From the NCBI RefSeq assembly GCF_963921235.1, contig NC_086097.1, positions 183,832,001 through 183,896,000 of the forward strand: DNA of 64,000 bases. Direction: 5' to 3'. A program made the position numbers and the translations under genes. Origin of the DNA: Mobula hypostoma. Taxonomy: Eukaryota. Shown piece after piece: positions 59,991-64,000 of this stretch. The notes beneath the pieces were generated by a model. The model worked only from the letters and a program-made list of their open reading frames with translations. It was not told where the DNA came from and did no database searches. Numbering within the stretch: the stretch's first letter is position 1; the number at the start of each line of letters is the position of its first letter.

Positions 59991-61746
59991 GCCAGGGGTG
60001 GTAATAGGGACAAGTTCTGACTACCTATTAAATGCTCTCAATGGTGTGCATGTCAAATAGCCTCTGACCTCCAAGTCCAGCTCCTGGCCTTCACATGTGG
60101 CTTAGCTACTAAGCCCAGTGGAATTGTTCCTACTGAAATCAGGTTTATTATCACAGGCATGCGATGTGAAATTTTTTAACATAGCCGCAGCAGTTCAATG
60201 CAATACATAATCTAGAAGAGAAAAAAATAAACAAATAAAATAAAAATAATAACAATAAATAAACAAGTCAATGAAACTTGCAAAAAAAAAGTAATGCTGT
60301 ATATTTAAAAAAGTGAGGTAGTGTCCAAGGATTCAATGTCCATTTACGAATCGGATGGCAGAGGGGGAGAAGCTGTTCCTGAATCGCTGATTGTGTGCCT
60401 TCAGGCTTCTGTTCCTCATACCTAATGGTAACAGTGAGAGAAAGGCATGCCCTGGGTGCTGGAGGTCCTTAATAATGGACGCTGCCTTTCTGAAACACCA
60501 CTCATTGAAATTGTCCTGGGTACTTTGTAGGCTAGTGCCCAAGATGGTGCTAACTAGATTTACAACCCTCTGCAGCTTCTTTCAGTCCTGTGCCGTAGCC
60601 CCCCAAACCAGACAGTGATGCAGCCTGTCAGAATGCTCTCCGTGGTACATATACAGAAGTTTTTGAGTGTATTTGTTGACATACCAAATCTTTTCAAATT
60701 CCTAATGAGGTATTGTCACTATCTTGCCTTCTTTATAATTACATCAATATGTTGGTACCAGGTTAGATCCTCAGAGATCTTGACACCCAGGAACTTGAAA
60801 TTGCTCACTGTCTCCACTTCTGATCCCCCTATGAGGATTGGTATGTGTTCCTTCATCTTACCCTTCCTGAAGTCCACAATCAGCTCTTTCACCTTACTGA
60901 TGTTGGGTACCACGTTGTTGGTGCTGCACCACTCCACTAGTTGGCATATTTTGCTCCTGTACGCCTTCTCGTCACCACCTGAGATTCTACCAACAATGGT
61001 TGTATCGTCAGCAAATTTATAGATGGTGTTTGAGCCATGCCTAGTTGCCCAGTCATGTGTATATAGAAAGTAGAGCAGTGGGCTAAGCACACACACTTGA
61101 GGTGCACCGTGTTGATTGTCAGCGAGGAGGATGTGTTATCATCAATCCGCACGATCGTGGTCTTCTGGTTAAGAAGTCGAGGATCCAATTGCAGAGGAGG
61201 GTACAGAGGCCCAGGTTCTGCAACTTCTCTATTAGGATTGTGGGAATGATGCTATTAAATACTGAGCTATAATCGATGAATAGCATCCTGACATAGGTGT
61301 TTGTCTAGGTGGTCTAAAGCAGTGTGGAGAGCCAGAGATTGCGTCTGGGGTAAAAGCAGGTTACTGGTTCTTTAAAACCTGTCGCTTCGGATAGATGGGG
61401 CTTGTCAGCTGTGCTTGGCAGCTTATCTAGGAGAAATAAAACTCTGACCTCAAATCTCTGCTGCCTTACACTGTACCCACTCAAGGGGAAAGCTTCAGGA
61501 GTAAACCTTGAGGGAAAACCTGGAGCTGGCATCTCTAAGGCAGTCCTACATAGAGTTCAACTATAACTGGCAACTCCTGTGACATTACTGATGCCACACT
61601 GTATCAGGCTCTGCTGTTTCTGCATGGAGAGGGGGAACTGCTGCATGGGCCACAGCTCTCCATATGGTACTGTCCTGGCTTCCATGTCATGTAGGCAGCT
61701 GTGATACAACATCCATGGTTGACCCCAACTGACAGAGGGTCTCAGA
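59991..61746 (+). mobile_element. RTE-derived non-autonomous element, copy 3 (longest 5' end), split by Rex1 at 60137-61346
   Basis: 60045-60136 and 61347-61746 align collinearly with 37326-37805. Confidence 0.8.
60137..61346 (-). mobile_element. Rex1/Babar RT to 3' tail, same subfamily as 11846-13247
   Basis: ORFs 60719..61096 (KFADDTTIVGRISGGDE) and 60333..60542. Confidence 0.92.
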
Positions 61747-61859
61747 ATAGTAATTCAATCAAAATTTCAAATTGATACTTGCTGTTGCTCGGTTATAATT
61801 CATCTTGTTCTTGTCAGTTTTGTGTTGCTCTGTGCATTATATGTGCGCACGTTAGAAGT

Positions 61860-62075
61860 AGGCAGATCTGACAGTCAGTGATGTCAATCCTTGTGCAGCC
61901 AAATAAGTTCAGGCTATGAAATGCTGTGTTGGCTGCTCATGGGGATTGGTCTGTGCAATAGGAAGAAACACCTCAGCTGCAATAAGGCAAAAGGAAAGAG
62001 GGAAGAAATGCTTTACAGAGCCAAATGTTCACAAGACAGTCCACCCCCAATCAGCTGTGCTCCAGCCACAGAACT
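61860..62075 (+). mobile_element. RTE LINE 3' end remnant
   Basis: Basic stretch NKAKGKR followed by AKCSQDS (decayed C-terminal Cys/His motif). Confidence 0.45.
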
Positions 62076-62934
62076 GTGGCAGGACAGTTCATCTTCCTGT
62101 CATCTGCCACATGCCCCAGTGTACACCCACCAACAGCTACAGTGACTTCCAGGGGCTTTCCACTCAAGGAAGGTGGAATTCATCTCCTTCTCTTCCTGTA
62201 ATGAGCTCTTCGGGCCTGTGCGGAGCACCAGAGTGCGTTTGGCTCCAAGGTTTTTTGAGCTCCTGAATTGGTTACTTGTTGTTTAATGAGAGCCGCTATA
62301 TTCAAGTGACTTGCTCTTTGGAATGCGGTATTCTGGTACTTTCTGTTTAAGCTTGTTACGTTTATTTTGATAGGCTCAGGGATGCTGTGTTATTTAAGTA
62401 GATGCCCGATTAGCACTAATTGTGGGGTCCTAGTATTGCAATTGTTTCTTTTTGTGGGGTCACTCGGGTGAGCCACCGACACTCTGTCGGGATTTTTATG
62501 AAGAAACCCTTGTCGTCGTCTCTGTATCAGAGTCTGTCTTTCCGCACTTGGGTTCCAATATTGCCAGTGTATCACCATGACACTATTTCTAAGAGAGCAA
62601 CAAATAGGTGGATCAAAATTGACTTCCACTCCTTTAACGTTCAAAATGTCTGCAAACAATTGAAGAAAATAATGTTGATAAATGCCAAGCACCCGTATGT
62701 GCTTAACATGATTTGCTGCAGGTTATTCATGGTTTCCATCAAATTTCAGCTAGCACATTAGGCCAGTTTCTGACTCCTTAGCAGTAAATACTGAACCACT
62801 GAATCCCCAGCTTCTCACATGTTGCATTTCCCCTAATCTATGCAATTATGTGAATCCAGGCCACACTTACAATGACACAACAGAAAGAGACTGAGAGAGG
62901 AGAGGAGGAGAAGGGGAAGGAGAAGAACAGTCAG

Positions 62935-63065
62935 GACTACGAAGGGTCTCGGCCTAAAACGTCAACTGTACCTCTTCCTAGAGATGCTGCCTGGCCTGCT
63001 GCGTTCACCAGCAACTTTGATGTGTGTTGCTTGAATTTCCAGCATCTGCAGAAGTCCTGTTGTTT
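62935..63065 (+). mobile_element. Solo Penelope terminal module with truncated hammerhead
   Basis: acgaagggtctcggcctaaaacgtcaactg...gatgctgcctggcctgctgcgttcaccagca...atttccagcatctgcag; very similar to 56809-56900. Confidence 0.8.
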
Positions 63066-63135
63066 GAGGACCCAAGGACAAGATTGCTGTTTTGGCAGGA
63101 AATGAGGAATTGCTGCATTTTGTGTTTCATAGAGA

Positions 63136-63818
63136 TGTAAGGGGGTTTCGTCTTTCACTGTTTAGGCTAATTAAAATAGCTTCTATGTTATGTTATACTG
63201 GGGAATGCTTCTTTGTTATGTTAAATGCTGAGAAAGTCTCTAGCTGGACATTTGCCTGGGTTAATACAGACAGCAGGGTGCTATTAACCAATTGGGATAG
63301 TTGTTATGATTTTGGTGCATCTGGAAGATTTGTATGTGCGGGGTTTTGGGGCAGAAGGTGGGAGAGAGAGACAGAGAATGGACCAGGTGCTGTGAGTCTG
63401 CTAACGGGGTCAGACCCCGAGAAGGGCGTTCAGCGAGGAGGGGAGATGGAGACGGACTTGTGTGGAGCCTCAGGTCGACCACCGTTGTTGGTCCCAGGCA
63501 GCTGGTCGAGGCGGTCCGAGGGGTCGCAGGGTGAAGAAGAAGGGTTCCGAGCTCCAACTGTGCACGAAGAGATTGAACTTTGATAAGTGTGGCGCCTTTT
63601 ATTTCCCTTTTATATTTTATTCTCTATTATATAGTTCCAATAATATCTATCAACTGTAAATCATTTAATTGCATCTGGTGTATTGTCTGTTATTTGGGTG
63701 GGGCAGGGTATATCACACAGCATCCACACAAACTAATTACCCAGTTTGCTGGGGCCGAGGGCTATTTCCCTAGACGACAGCGAGCCGAGCAACCCTGAGG
63801 GTGGCCAGGGGGGCTACA
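63136..63818 (+). mobile_element. Solo LTR, 4-bp TSD
   Basis: TGTAAG...GCTACA; GAGA at 63132-63135 and 63819-63822; CpG-rich centre. Confidence 0.85.
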
Positions 63819-64000
63819 GAGACATGGCTCACTCTGGACACCCTGCATACATCAATAAGACCTGAATGCTTCTTGACACACCAGATGGACTGAACTGCTG
63901 ATTTGGAGAAGGCAAAAGTTGGGCAGTCTGTGTTTCATGATGATCTCTTTGTGGTGCACAGGAGCAGCAGTCTTGACACACTCTTGTCCACCCAACCTGG

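Noticed and set aside
63092..63583. 163-aa ORF
   Set aside because: Almost entirely within a solo LTR; non-ATG start; no domain

Overview
This is eukaryotic DNA, dense in repeats and essentially non-coding. The repeat set (CR1-clade LINEs, HE1-like V-SINEs, a Deu/SacSINE1-like remnant, Rex1/Babar, Penelope) points to a cartilaginous fish, probably a ray; that assignment is inference. I could not support any host protein-coding exon, rRNA, true tRNA, CRISPR array or prokaryotic feature. Every recognisable ORF in the track is a decayed transposable-element fragment. The window is a deeply nested TE stack. It holds many CR1 and Rex1/Babar pieces, three Penelope-like (RT/GIY-YIG) pieces plus several solo Penelope terminal modules with hammerhead-like cores, and RTE fragments. 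It also holds three copies of an RTE-derived non-coding element, two Hero-like RLE retrotransposons, five solo LTRs with TSDs, an IR/DR Tc1, a mariner fold-back MITE and hAT MITEs. The most interesting signals are RNA-level: a near-intact minimal hammerhead ribozyme (56867-56906, minus), a dispersed solo hammerhead module family, and a structured RTE-derived element with a partial HDV-like ribozyme signature. Family names come from motif recognition by eye, not database searches. Boundaries without TSDs are approximate.
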